DNA of 64,000 bases from Eledone cirrhosa (GCA_964016885.1 OZ024742.1:281418001-281482000); one strand, 5' to 3'. Counted from the stretch's first letter, positions 1 to 13,180 are shown. Made by a program: numbers and translations. The notes: a model not told the origin generated them from the letters alone.

Positions 1-89
1 AATAGATTAGAAGCCCTCTTCAGTGAGGTTTTCTGGAGTTATTATTCTTCAGAATAATAATAAATGAAGACATTCACATAATCAAAATA

Positions 90-154
90 TATTTTATTAT
101 ATATATTTCGAAGGTACTGTGCTGTTTTTCAGTACGTCCTCGTCAGATAAAATA
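90..154 (-). ncRNA. Type I hammerhead ribozyme (family A)
   Basis: Minus strand: TATTTTAT-CTGACGA-GGACGTACTG..CAGTACCTTC-GAAA-TATATATA-ATAAAATA. 8-bp stem I, palindromic stem III, AUA cleavage triplet. Confidence 0.85.
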
Positions 155-2213
155 CAAGAATTGATGTATGAAATACATCAACTGTCTTGATAGTTCAATT
201 CCAGTATTGGCAGTGATTTATTACCACAAATCTCAACATTTATATAACAGAAATAATAACATGATACACTTAAATTTAAAGAAGAAGATGATGTGGAGCG
301 AGATATGGTTATATGGAAGGGGAAAAGCAAGAAGAAAATAAATAAACACATACATACATAAATATTTAAATGAGTAAATAGAAGTATTAGGGAATAACTA
401 TATAAAAAGAAAAAGGAAGAGAGAGAGAGAAGAGAGAATAAGAAAGAAGAAATAACGACAAAAAAGAAAGAAAGAAAGAAATGATGCGAATATGTATAAA
501 CCGTTGTTTTCAAATATTAAGCCAAATTGAAGTAACCAATTAGATAACATGAAATGTTTAATATCTTTAGTATTTTGGTTATGTTTAAGCTAATTATACT
601 TATATATTATATCAAAATTTAACAATAAAAAAGAAAAGTTTTCTTCTAGAGCCATCAGATTCATAGTTTAATTAAGTAGTATATTCATTAATTCTTGTTA
701 TAATATTTAAAAACATTTTTATCTTTAAAGCATATTTAAATAATTATTAAATATGTATAAAGATAACTATTAAAACATATGCCTATATCACCACCAGTAT
801 AAATATTAAATATTATATTAAGATCATTTATTATCTGAATTATTCAATTTTCTTTATAAAATCTTTTCAATTCATTGATTGTCATTTCATTACAGGATTA
901 ATTTGTAGTTATCTTTAATCTCAAAAGTTTTATTATTTCTAATTTACTTCCATAATTACTTATTATTATATATAGTTTCCCTTTAAGGATTACCAAATAT
1001 TATTAGACTGATATAAATCATGTTAAATATACTTTAGCAAGCTATTCGGATAGAACAAAATTATTTACGAAGAATGTAAACAAAGGAAGATAACTTGTTC
1101 ATCATATGTGAACATTTAAAACATTTAAGTATTTTGAAAAACAATAAAAAGATATTTCAAAACGCAAATCAAGAAATAATGAAAACATAGGATACTGAGA
1201 AACATCATGAGATTAATTTACTATATAAAAGGGGCAAAATAATTTTTACCGGTAATCCAGATAAAAAAATGTTCTACATCACTCTCACAATTAATATTGT
1301 TTTTAGAAAGAAAAAAATATCAAATACTCAATTTCTTGGAATAAGTTATAAAATTCTGATTCTTACCAGAATTCATCCCTTTCAGTAAATTGCAACCTTT
1401 GCAATTTAGAGACTCTATTGATAATTCCAAATTATGGTAATTTAATTAATAAGAAAAATGAATTATTTAGCAGCTGTCAACATAAGTCTAGAAGAACTTT
1501 TCAAACATTATACAAATTTCGAATGTGAATATAAATGTCGAGGGGTTTCGCTGGCCGTGGTGATCCCTGCCAAAACAACTATTGTAATGTATCGTCTTAT
1601 TGGCTAATTTCATCGTCTTATTGGCTAATCAACCAATGAGAGTAATTGTTGCTCAAAAGCCTCCGCCACTTTGTTTGCACGTTTATTTATCGTTTGGCTT
1701 TCGAATCTTCCTCCTGTATTTCGTCGTTTAGCATCAAAATAGTTTTCTCGTTTTGGTAAGATATATTGTTAATTTATATATGATTTTTAAAATTTATATT
1801 AACTGTTTTTTTTTCAGTTCGTTATAACGTGCTTATAATATTGGTTGTATCATATTTACTTGTATATTTGTCCATATTATTGTTCGTGTTATGTTAGATT
1901 ATTTTATTATTATTATGTTAGATTATTTTTTTTATTATTATGTTAGACTATGTGTATGTAATATTTAATTTTTATTAATTCAACTATAACAATTATTGTG
2001 TAAAATATATTTATTTAATATTGATTGTTTTTTGTAGTTGTTTATATTAAAAGTCTGAAAATATTTTATACATCTTACAATAATATTTATAAGATCATTT
2101 ATAAAATAACAATTATATAATCTAGTTACATTACAACGATAATTTATTATTACTATATATCATGTTTAACTAGAGTTATTACAAGCGTTGCCTTAAAAAA
2201 TATTAAACTATAA

Positions 2214-2643
2214 CTGAAAATTGCGCAAGCTCAAAAGAGCCACAGAATGTTATAATAAACCTTCAAAAGTGTGGGACCAGAGTTGTTGCTCAAAAATATT
2301 GTATTCATTATCTATCGTACACTCTGTGGCATTCTTTTATTAAAAAAAAGAGACTCATAACGAACTCAAGACGACACGATAATTATTTAAGTGAATATAA
2401 AATTCGGTTTAAGTGCATTTCGTATTAATCATTACTAAACATCTAATATCAGATATTGAACATTAGCTTAAATAATTATCGTGTCGTCTTGAGTTCGTTA
2501 TGAGTCACTTTTTTTTATAAAAGGACGCCACAGAGTGTACGATAGATAATGATTACAATATTTTTGAGCAACAACTCTAGTCCCACACTTTTGAAGGTTT
2601 ATTATAACATTCTGTGGCTCTTTTGAACTTGCGCATTTTCCAG
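2214..2643. repeat. Inverted repeat (MITE/fold-back-like), ~178-bp arms, ~75-bp spacer
   Basis: 2214-2391 is a near reverse complement of 2467-2643. Confidence 0.85.
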
Positions 2644-3323
2644 GTCTAGTATAATACTTAATATATATACTGATGATGATATATGCATATGATTTAATAG
2701 ATATCTTTATACATATTTAATAATTATTTAAATATGCTTTAAAGATAAAAATGTTTTTAAATATTATAACAAGATTTAATGAATATACTACTTAATTAAA
2801 CTATGAATCTGATGGCTCTAGAAGAAAACTTTTCTTTTTTATTGTTAAATTTTGATATAATATATAAGTATAATTAGCTTAAACATAACCAAAATACTAA
2901 AGATATTAAACATTTCATGTTATCTAATTGGTTACTTCAATTTGGCTTAATATTTGAAAACAACGGTTTATACATATTCGCATCATTTCTTTCTTTCTTT
3001 CTTTTTTGTCGTTATTTCTTCTTTCTTATTCTCTCTTCTCTCTCTCTTCCTTTTTCTTTTTATATAGTTATTCCCTAATACTTCTATTTACTCATTTAAA
3101 TATTTATGTATGCATGTGTTTATTTATTTTATTCTTGCTTTTCCCCTTATTCACCCCTTCCATATAACCATATCTCGCTCCACATCATCTTCTTCTTTAA
3201 ATTTAAGTGTATCATGTTATTATTTCTGGTATATAAATGTTGAGATTTGTGGTAATAAATCACTGCCAATACTGGAATTGAACTATCAAGACAGTTGATG
3301 TATTTCATACATCAATTCATGTA

Positions 3324-3384
3324 TTTTATCTGACGATGACGTACTGAAAAACAGCACAGTACCTTCGAAATATATATAATAAAA
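3324..3384 (+). ncRNA. Type I hammerhead ribozyme (family A)
   Basis: TTTTAT-CTGACGA-tGACGTACTG..CAGTACCTTC-GAAA-TATATATA-ATAAAA; mirror copy of 90-154. Confidence 0.8.
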
Positions 3385-3490
3385 CATATAATTTGATTAT
3401 GTGAATGTCTTCATTCATAATTATTCTGAATAATATATATATATATATATTAGGTTGACCCTTAGCAATAGATATATTTCTTTTATTTGC

Positions 3491-3880
3491 CACTAGGGCA
3501 TCAAAAGTGGGACAAGTACAATGGGGGGAGTTTACACAAAAAGGCGTCCTCAATAAGGAGGAGGCAATAACAAAATATAAAAATAAAATAAGATATAACA
3601 AAAAATAAAATTTTTAACAAAATCCTCAATAGAGAGGAGGCGCCTTGGGGGGTCGCACACACCCCCGAAAAAAGTGTGCAACCCTTCTCCTCAGGAGCAC
3701 AGAGAGGGGGTGCTCCCTTGGTCTTTCATCTTCCTCAATAGATAATTCTCCGAAAGATTTGCGGCTCCCATCCCCTAATCCTGTTCGAAGTAACAAAGAT
3801 ACGGGATGTGCAAAATTTCAGCTCAATCGGACATGCGACCCTCAAACGCCTTAAAGTTGGAACATAGTAATATATGTATG
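3491..3880. mobile_element. Possible non-autonomous Helitron/Helentron (HINE-like)
   Basis: Starts with ACTAG and carries the motif GTGCAAAATTTCAGCTCAATCGG, similar to motifs in 7811-8721. Confidence 0.4.
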
Positions 3881-4567
3881 TATGCTTGTCTCCTCCTCCT
3901 CCTCCTCTAATTACTCCGCTTCCCTTCCCCTTCCTCCTCTACCTCACCCCTCCCCATATTCTTCTTCGTCACCTTCCCGTCCTTCCTCTCCTATCTCCAT
4001 TTCCACCCCTTCCTTCCCTTGACCTTCTATTCCCTCACTTCCCCTTCCTCCTTTCCTCCCTGCCCCTTTCCCTTTTTCTCTCCTTCCTTTCCTTGCCCTC
4101 ATTGCTCTCCTTTTCTCAATGGTGTCCTTTTTCTCCTGCTCTCCTTGCTCTCCTTTTCTCCTTGTATCTATGTACTTGTTTATATACAAATGCAACGAGA
4201 AGAGAGGAGGAAGAAGAAACATGAAAGCAAAGGGAAATATGAAAGTACGGAGAGTATAAATATACATACCATATATATATGTATATATGTGTGTGTATAT
4301 ATATATATATATATATTAATATTATATAACGAAGGAAGTGTGGTAAGGAACCAGGTGGTCCATAGCGCACCAGAGTACTCGATTCTTTGGGTAGTAGAGT
4401 GGGTAATTGGAAACGAGTCAAGGCCCCCGACTCGGTCCTTTTCAGTTTTAATGTTATCCTCATTAGCATATTTATCCTGAGTTTTGAAAACTTATATTCA
4501 CTATCTTCAACGAACTTATAAATGAAGTTCACATGCAGATATGTCACTATCTTTACACCGATTATTG

Positions 4568-4628
4568 TATTTTATTTGACGAAAGTGTACTAAAATATTC
4601 GTACTCTTGAAATGCGTATAATAAAATA
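4568..4628 (+). ncRNA. Type I hammerhead ribozyme (family A-like, C3U)
   Basis: TATTTTAT-TTGACGA-AAGTGTAC..GTACTCTT-GAAA-TGCGTATA-ATAAAATA. The downstream tail is shared with 63511-63680. Confidence 0.75.
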
Positions 4629-4776
4629 AATATGGTTTTATAAATATATTTTCAATTTATTAATATTATTGATATTAATGATACCCCGAACAAACCGTTG
4701 AGTGATTCTAATCTGTTGTAAATTAACTTTGTTGAATAATTAACAAACCAAATAACTCATTGTTTATATATATATA

Positions 4777-4971
4777 TAACGAAGAAATTGTGGTAAGGAA
4801 CCTGATGGGCCATAACGCACCAGAGTACTCAGGGTAGTAGAGTGGGTAATAGGAAAAAGTATGACCCCGACGGCAGAGCTCAAGCCGTTTCGACGGCTAT
4901 TTCTGGACATTCTAGTCCAGAAATAGCCGTCGAAACGGCTTGAGCTCTGCTGTCGGGGTCATACTTTTTCC

Positions 4972-4976
<5 letters not shown>
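4777..4976. mobile_element. Family B palindromic PLE-type terminus in (TA)n
   Basis: Hairpin arms 4847-4908 / 4915-4976, with a ~70-nt extension on one arm. Relatives at 4328, 6131, 9531, 20206, 29037, 30130 and 63757. Confidence 0.8.
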
Positions 4977-5010
<34 letters not shown>

Positions 5011-6030
5011 TTGTTTCATAATATATGCGGACAGAGGGTGCATGCACCCTACTGCTGCATTAAGTGGGGCCGAAACTCGAGTTCAGGAATTACTGTAGTT
5101 ACCCTTTTACGTGTGTTGTATTGAAGCGAATAACTATGAGTATACTCTTGGAGTTTATTTAACATTACCTATTGACTACGCTGAGATTCAACCGATCCTA
5201 ACAGTGCTAGGCCCGTGAACTTATTATTATTTTCTCCCAACTAGCAGATTTACGATGAGAATAAGGTGAATCATTTTTCACATTTTTCATTGTGTTTTGT
5301 TTTAATTATACGCTCTAATTCCTGTTATAAATGTTCTCTCTCACTCACCTATTGAATCATACAAGTTGTGAACTAGACCGGTTTACGCACGTTGTTGGTC
5401 GAAATATTTGGAATTCGGTTTCTAACCAGCGCGCTACACTATATCGATGTATAATCGCTAGGGCATTAAATGTGCCAAAAATGTTGTAGCTATTGCTACT
5501 GACGCGATTTTTTCGATTTTTCTGGCCATGGGTCTTGGAGATTAGAGCCAAATTCTACCAGCGATTTTAGACTATTTTTCTAATAACCAATTTTTCACAA
5601 ACTTATTAATTTGTGTGTGAGATGCGCTCTGTCCCCAGCTTTGCAAGTTGCTTTCCCCATTTATATTTATTGTCACCATTTATATTTATTGTCACTTCTA
5701 ATATCAAGAATAAGTCTGAACACGTTTATAATTTAAGAGAAAATTATATAAGGGATAAAAATGTTCATCTGAAAAAATGACTTTCCGGGCTTAAACATCA
5801 AACATTCACGGTCGGTGAGGGTCGCTTTGCCATTCTCCGCTTGAGCTGTAATTATGCGTATAATGTTTTCTTGTTAATTGGAATAAGATAGAGGGGTGGT
5901 AGATAAACCTTTAGGAAGTTGAAAAATAAGGGCTTTCTAATAAATAAGGGCCATTCTTAATTTATTACTCCAAAGCGAATATGTTAAATTTCTTCTTTAA
6001 TTATGGATATTTGTATTATGTACGTACCTA

Positions 6031-6081
<51 letters not shown>

Positions 6082-6130
6082 ACACACACACACATATATA
6101 TATACATATATATATGTATAAATATATATA

Positions 6131-6350
6131 TAACGAAGGAAATGTGGTAAGGAACCAGGTGGACCATAACGCACCAAAGTACTCAATCTTAGGGTAGTAG
6201 AGTGGGTAATAGGAACGAGTAGGACCCCGACGGCTGAGCTCAAGCCGTTTCGACGGCTAATTCTGGACTCATAATTAGCCGTCCAGGATTAGAGTCCAGA
6301 ATTAGCCGTCGAGACGGCTTGAGCTCAGCCGCCGGGGTCCTACTCGTTCC

Positions 6351-6352
<2 letters not shown>
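6131..6352. mobile_element. Family B palindromic PLE-type terminus in (TA)n
   Basis: Same tail and GAAACGGC..GCCGTC arm as 4777-4976; inverted arms. Confidence 0.8.
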
Positions 6353-6403
<51 letters not shown>

Positions 6404-6760
6404 ATGTGTGTGTGTGTGTGTACGTACGTACATAATACAAATATCCATAATTAAAGAAGAAATTTAACATATACGCTTTGAAGTAATAAATTAAGAAGGA
6501 GCTTCCTTCTGCTAATTTAGTCCAATATTTTACCTAAGTGCCATTGGGGAAGTTAGTGATGGGGCAACGGGTGAAGGAATGGTCAAGATCATTGTTTCTT
6601 TTCTTACTTGTTTGTCTATTTCCTTATTTATTTCCTTTCCGAATTTGGAGTGTAGGTCGAGATTAATTTAGCAGTACACATGAGTGTAGGCTGGCGTTCT
6701 TTGTAGTGTTTTGTGAACAGATTGCAACAATAACAGTCATATTTATGTATATATATATGT

Positions 6761-6792
6761 TTGAAGATATGTTGTACAGAAACGATATCGTC
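6761..6792 (+). ncRNA. Hammerhead-like motif (second, more decayed copy at 9190-9221)
   Basis: TTGAAGA-TATGTTGTACA-GAAA-CGATATCG-TC with perfect palindromic stem III ACGATATCGT and GUC site. Lies in a ~220-bp direct repeat, 6760-6978 / 9187-9406. Stem I is weak. Confidence 0.55.
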
Positions 6793-6999
6793 CAAGGGAA
6801 GAGAATTTTCTCTTTCTCTCAACCTAAACACCACCACCGTATCTGCTATTAACTAAATGTGTGCACTTTGAAAGGTTGATTGCAACTGCATTACTGCATC
6901 TCGGCAGATTCATTGAGTGAGCTAGATGCTGGCCGGAGACCGTTTAATTAACACCAGCGATTTTCGTTAATTTTATAATATACTAGAGCTAGAAAACTA

Positions 7000-7700
7000 T
7001 AGAGACATTAGATGGACCACTTCATGAAGGTGTTAGAGTTATAACACAGCTGATTAGGGACCAAGTTAACCTAGATGAGATGAAGTTTGGATTTGTACCA
7101 TGTAAAAGTACCACTGATGTCCTCTTCCTTGTGTAGCAACTGCAAAAGCAGTACCTAGCTAAAATAAGCCCCTCTACTTGGAATTTGTTGACCCAGAGAG
7201 AGCTTCTCTGAGACTTCCCCGTTCCATAATCTGGTGTGTAACTTAGAAAACTAGGGGTATGAGTGGCTTGTGAGAGCAGTAAAAGCCATGTATGGAGGAG
7301 CAGTCAGTTAGGTTAAAAGTAATGATGACTATGGAGAGGAATTGAGTGAGCAAGTCTATCAGGGCTCTGTTATTAACCCTCTTCTGTTTATTATCATCCT
7401 ACAGGCTATTACATAAGAGTTTAAGACTGGCTGTCCATGGGAACTCCTTTATGCACATGATTGAAACCTTGTAGCTTAATCTATGGTAAAATTAGAGGAA
7501 CAATTCCAAACCTGAAAATGTCTTAAAGTAATCTTGGCAAAATAGAAAGGAAAACAGGGCCTAGATCCCCTCAAGAAAAAGACATTGCTCAGTCTAAAGT
7601 AAAGGAGTAGGTAGAAATTCCAAACTATGGATAAACAAGAGATGCAGTGGGATCTCAGTGAGGTTTGCAAAAGAATGTAAGTTTTGTATGTGATTGATGC
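7000..7700 (+). pseudogene. Decayed RTE-clade reverse transcriptase fragment
   Basis: Manual translation gives DEMKFGFVPCKSTTDVLFLV*QLQKQYLAK / KPLYLEFVD..; QGSVINPLLFIIILQ; ELLYAHD, with stops and frameshifts. Confidence 0.75.
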
Positions 7701-7810
7701 ACAAGAGCAATAAGTAGCAAGGTCTCACAAAAAAATAAGCTTTAACCCTTTAACATTTACATTACTCTATATATACTATTGTATTTTTTGTGGTAATGGC
7801 TTTATCTTAC

Positions 7811-8721
7811 ACTAGCAGTGGTACCCGGCGTTGCACGGGATAAGCTATTTTGGAACGCGGGGCGCCAACAGACCTAATCGTGGAAAAAATGCATGCCTGG
7901 ACAATATGTAAAGAAAATAAACCGAATACTCTGATGACTGGATAATCTTTAAGATTTTCCTCGATGAAGCAGGAAAAATGCAGGTTTTCACCTAATGCGG
8001 CCCTAGGGGATCAAGAAAAGGATTTTTTTTTATGTGCATAATATGTCTTTAAATTTCCGGAAAATCGCTAGACGTAACGCCTCCAAAAAGCCCTAAAAAG
8101 CTGAAAAAATAAAGTTCTTCACCTAATGCGGGCCCTAGACCATAAAAAAGTTGGATTTTCTTGGCTCACGGTATGAAGAAGAGACTGACTAATACATAGT
8201 TACAATTTCAAAGAAATCGGTCTGATGTAACGCCTCAAAAAAGCCATAAAAGGCTTAAAAAAAGCAGTTTTTCACCTAATGATGAAAAGGTTGAATCTTG
8301 TGTGTGCATAACACTCCCTGAAACATAAGTAATACACATGTAAAGTTTGAAATAAAATCGGTTGGGTACTTCTCGAGTTTTAGGGATTCAAACTCACAGA
8401 CACACACACATATAGACATCCTCAGGGAAGTGACGTTATGCAGACAGCCAGACATACAGACAGATATTATAAGGGCGCGACGTTATATGTATGTATCTAT
8501 CTAAAAAGAGAAAACACAGAATTATAGAGACAGATCGCTAAATCGCCCAATGCGGTCCCTAGAGCATTGAACATTTGAATTTTCTTTTGCTCAGAACACT
8601 CCCTGAAACATAAGTATTACATATGTAAAGTTTGAAAACAGTCAGTTGGGTGCTTCTCGAGTTTTAGGGATTCAAACTCACACGCACACAGACAGACATC
8701 CTCAGTTTTATATATATAGAT
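7811..8721. mobile_element. Non-autonomous Helentron/HINE (DINE-1-like) element
   Basis: One end is ACTAGC..ACCCGGCGTTGCACGGG (hairpin) and the other is ACAGACAGAC..TTTTATATATATAGAT. Internal tandem sub-repeats TTCACCTAATGCGGCCCTAG. Confidence 0.65.
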
Positions 8722-9627
8722 TATACTCCTAGATGCGCTGATTGGTATCTCCTCTATAAAGTTAGAATTTTCAATATTTCTTTTTTATATTTCATAATAT
8801 TAAATTTTGAGTATTGAAAGTGCTACTTTGTATCAATAATCAGCTATTATTTGCTTGTATGTATGCATATAATGCATAAATCTCATCATGTTTATATGTA
8901 TGTATGCAACTGACCGGTCGAGTTCTTCATTTGCCGCGAATACCTTTGTTTGAATTCAAACGCGAAACTACGTGTTTTAATCTGCGATAAATTTCTGCCA
9001 CTTTCACAGGCAGGGTGCAAAATTAGCTAGGACTACTAGATTCCATATCCTGTGGTAGCAGCTAACACACATTCTATGGAACTGTCTTATGACATAAGCA
9101 TCTCTGCTGATGAGTGAAACAGCCGGGTTACGTAAATATCTGCAAATATTATATGATTTTCTGAACATTGAGGATATATATCTGCATTTGTGAAGATATG
9201 TTGCACAAAAACGATATCGTCCAGGAGATGAGAATTTTACATTTCTCTCTACCTAAACACCGCCACCGTATCGGCTATTAACTAAAAGTGTGCACTCTGA
9301 ACGACTGATTGCAATTGCATTACTACCATTTGGCAGATTCATTAAGTGAGCTAGATGTTGGCCGGGGACCGTTGAATTAATACCAGCGATCTTCGTTAAT
9401 TTTATAAGATATATGTGTTTCGAACTGGATATTTACCTAGCCTTGTGACTGCTCTATTTACCATCCAGTCCACCCAGCGGATTACCCACGGACCTCGAAT
9501 ATTTGTGTATATATATATATATATATATATATAACGGCTGAGCTATTGCCGATTCAACAGCTATAACTGTTAAAACGGCAAGAGCTCAGCCGTCGTGTTC
9601 CAACTTTCTAAAATATATGTATATATG

Positions 9628-9692
<65 letters not shown>

Positions 9693-10251
9693 TATAAATA
9701 TATATACATATATTGTTTAATCTCCACTATGACGGTGGCCATGTCAATATATGAAAAGCTTTGAAAAGTATTATCAAGAACTAATCACTATACATGTTCC
9801 TTTTGCAGAATTCCTGCAATTTGGCCGCCTCTCATATATGTCACTATCTCAAACGACTCGGGTTCTCTTTCATGTTATGAAAAATACTTTAAATCCTGAT
9901 CAATTTCTGAGCTCCTTCAAAGCAAGCTCAAGTAAAACCTATACGGCTCATAAAGTCTTTTTATCTCATCCTAGCTTTATTCGTTGAATTTCTGCCATGC
10001 TGGGACAACGCCTTCAAGGGTTTTAGTTGATCGTATCAACTCCACTACTTATTATTTCAGTGTCTCTTATATTTTTCATCGATAACTATTTATCTTTTTG
10101 GTGTAAACGGACGCAACTTGATGCACGCAATTACAAAGACGTACATACAAAAACACACACATGTACCTCTATATATATAGAAACAGATATGCATTAATAT
10201 ATATATATATACACACACATATATGCTTGCATTTTTTGTGAATGTGTGTGC

Positions 10252-10305
<54 letters not shown>

Positions 10306-10639
10306 AATATATGCACGCGTGCATAAGTTTGTGAGAATGATGTTGGATTGAAGTGCATAAATTTGATTGGTTGCTGAAATATCTACTGTAGGGAAATGCG
10401 TCACATTCAAAGATATTGAATAAAGTATCCAGAAATGCATGATATTTTCATATATTCATTATCCCATGTCAGTACACGTGATTCTATTATCTCATCAGTA
10501 CCAGATAGTAAAAATACTTTAAACGAGTGGAACAGCCCTTGTTGATGAAGAATATATGCGAATATACACGCTCGCACGCACGCATAGATAGAGAAACAAA
10601 CACGTACTCATACGCACATGCTCACAGACACTCATACAA

Positions 10640-10681
<42 letters not shown>

Positions 10682-10730
10682 ACATTATATATATATGTCT
10701 GCCTCTCTGTTTTGTTCCCGTATAAATTTG

Positions 10731-10761
<31 letters not shown>

Positions 10762-10768
<7 letters not shown>

Positions 10769-11119
10769 GTGAGGTTTTTTTTACAAAATGAAAAATAACC
10801 GAGGTGTCCTACACGAGTGGAAGTATAAAGAAAAAGGGATGAAATCGAAAATGCAACTGAAGTCTTATTTTTTTTTAAATATATATATTTATTTGGTTCC
10901 TTTACCGGTTTCGCAGTTCTTCTGCTTTTCAAAAGGTGAGTTGAGATGGAGGGTCTGTGGTTTTTCTCACATGTGAGAAAAACCACAGACCCTCCATCTC
11001 AACTCACCTTTTGAAAAGCAGAAGAACTGCGAAACCGGTAAAGGAACCAAATAAATATATATATTTTTAAAAAAATAAGACTTCAGTTGCATTTTCGATT
11101 TCATCCCTTTTTCTTTATA
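10762..11119. mobile_element. Family C spacerless palindrome in (TA)n with two U3-A8 hammerheads
   Basis: Centre at 10971/10972 (CTCACATGTGAG); arms ~148 bp; a 62-nt extension on the left arm only. Confidence 0.85.
11007..11044 (+). ncRNA. Minimal type I hammerhead, U3-A8 variant (mirror copy at 10899-10936, minus strand)
   Basis: CCTT-TTGAAAA-GCAG aagaa CTGC-GAAA-CCGG-TA-AAGG. Confidence 0.8.
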
Positions 11120-11184
11120 TATATATATATATATAAAATACAAAGATTTATATATACATAGACTAGACAAAGCCATAGATATAT

Positions 11185-12072
<888 letters not shown>

Positions 12073-12073
12073 G

Positions 12074-13180
12074 TTCATATATATTTTCCTCCGCTGTGAC
12101 CCGTCTGTTTCTTTCTTACTGCTTCCCCTTTTCTCTGTATCTCTCACTTCCTTTTACCCCCTCTACCAGTCACTCTCTCTCTGTTAGCCTCTTCCTCACA
12201 CTTTCACTCACTCACTCTCTGCTACTCCCTCTCCTACTTCCTCCAGTTTGACCTGTGCGAGATTCTTTCCTCACTCACACTTCGATCAGGTCGGATGGTC
12301 TTTATTCTCTCTCGTCTACGATTTCACAGAACTTATGTTCATCGATTTCAGGGACTTGACTCCTTCTTCCTCCCGTTTGACCTGTGCGAAATTCTTTCCT
12401 TACTCACATTTCGACCAGGTTTGATGGTCTTTATTCTCTCTCGTCCACGATTTCACAGAACTTATGTTCATCGATTTCAGGGACTTGATTCCTTCTTCCT
12501 CACTTTTCGTTGCATTACCATCTTTGTTTGTTTACTTTCTCGCTCGTTCCCCCTATTTACGTGTCCCAACGACTTTCTTTAGCCGTTGCTCGCACCAACC
12601 AGAGGTATATGGTCTTTAAAGCGATGAAATACCAATGAAGGCTGGAAGATCACTGATGAAGGACTAAATTTATTCATATGTAACCCATCTGCAACCACGC
12701 AGCACGCCATGTTTTCATATTTTTCATATATATTTTCCTCCGCTGTGACCCGTCTGTTTATTTCCTACTGCTTCCCCTTTTCTCTGTATCTCTCACTTCC
12801 TTTTACCCCCTCTACCAGTCACTCTCTCTGTTAGCCTCTTCCTCACACTTTCACTCACTCACTCTCTGCTACTCCCCTCCTACTTCCTCCCGTTTGACCT
12901 GTGGGAGATTCTTTCCTCACTCACACTTCGACCAGGTCGGATGGTCTTTATTCTCTCCCGTCCACGATTTCACAGAACTTATGTTCATCGATTTCAGGGA
13001 CTTGACTCCATCTTCCTCATTACCATCTTTGTTTGTTTACTGTCTCGCTCGTTCTCCCTATTTACGTGTCCCAACGACTTTCTTTAGCCGTTGCTCGCAC
13101 CAACCAGAGGTATATGGTCTTTAAAGCGATGAAATACCAATGACGGCTGGAACATCACTGATGAAGGACTAAATTTATTC

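Larger units (their letters stand above)
48..3430. mobile_element. Fold-back element with ~770-bp inverted arms (48-817 / 2651-3430), PLE pseudo-LTR-like, one hammerhead per arm
   Basis: The arms are near reverse complements; ORF 178-513(-) and ORF 3110-3298(+) share a C-terminus. The right end runs into (TA)n. No credible ORF inside. Confidence 0.8.

Noticed and set aside
12610-12670. Type II hammerhead or twister reading of GGTCTTT..GAAA..CTGATGA-AGGACT
   Set aside because: A 7-bp helix is possible, but stems I and III and the cleavage triplet could not be placed.
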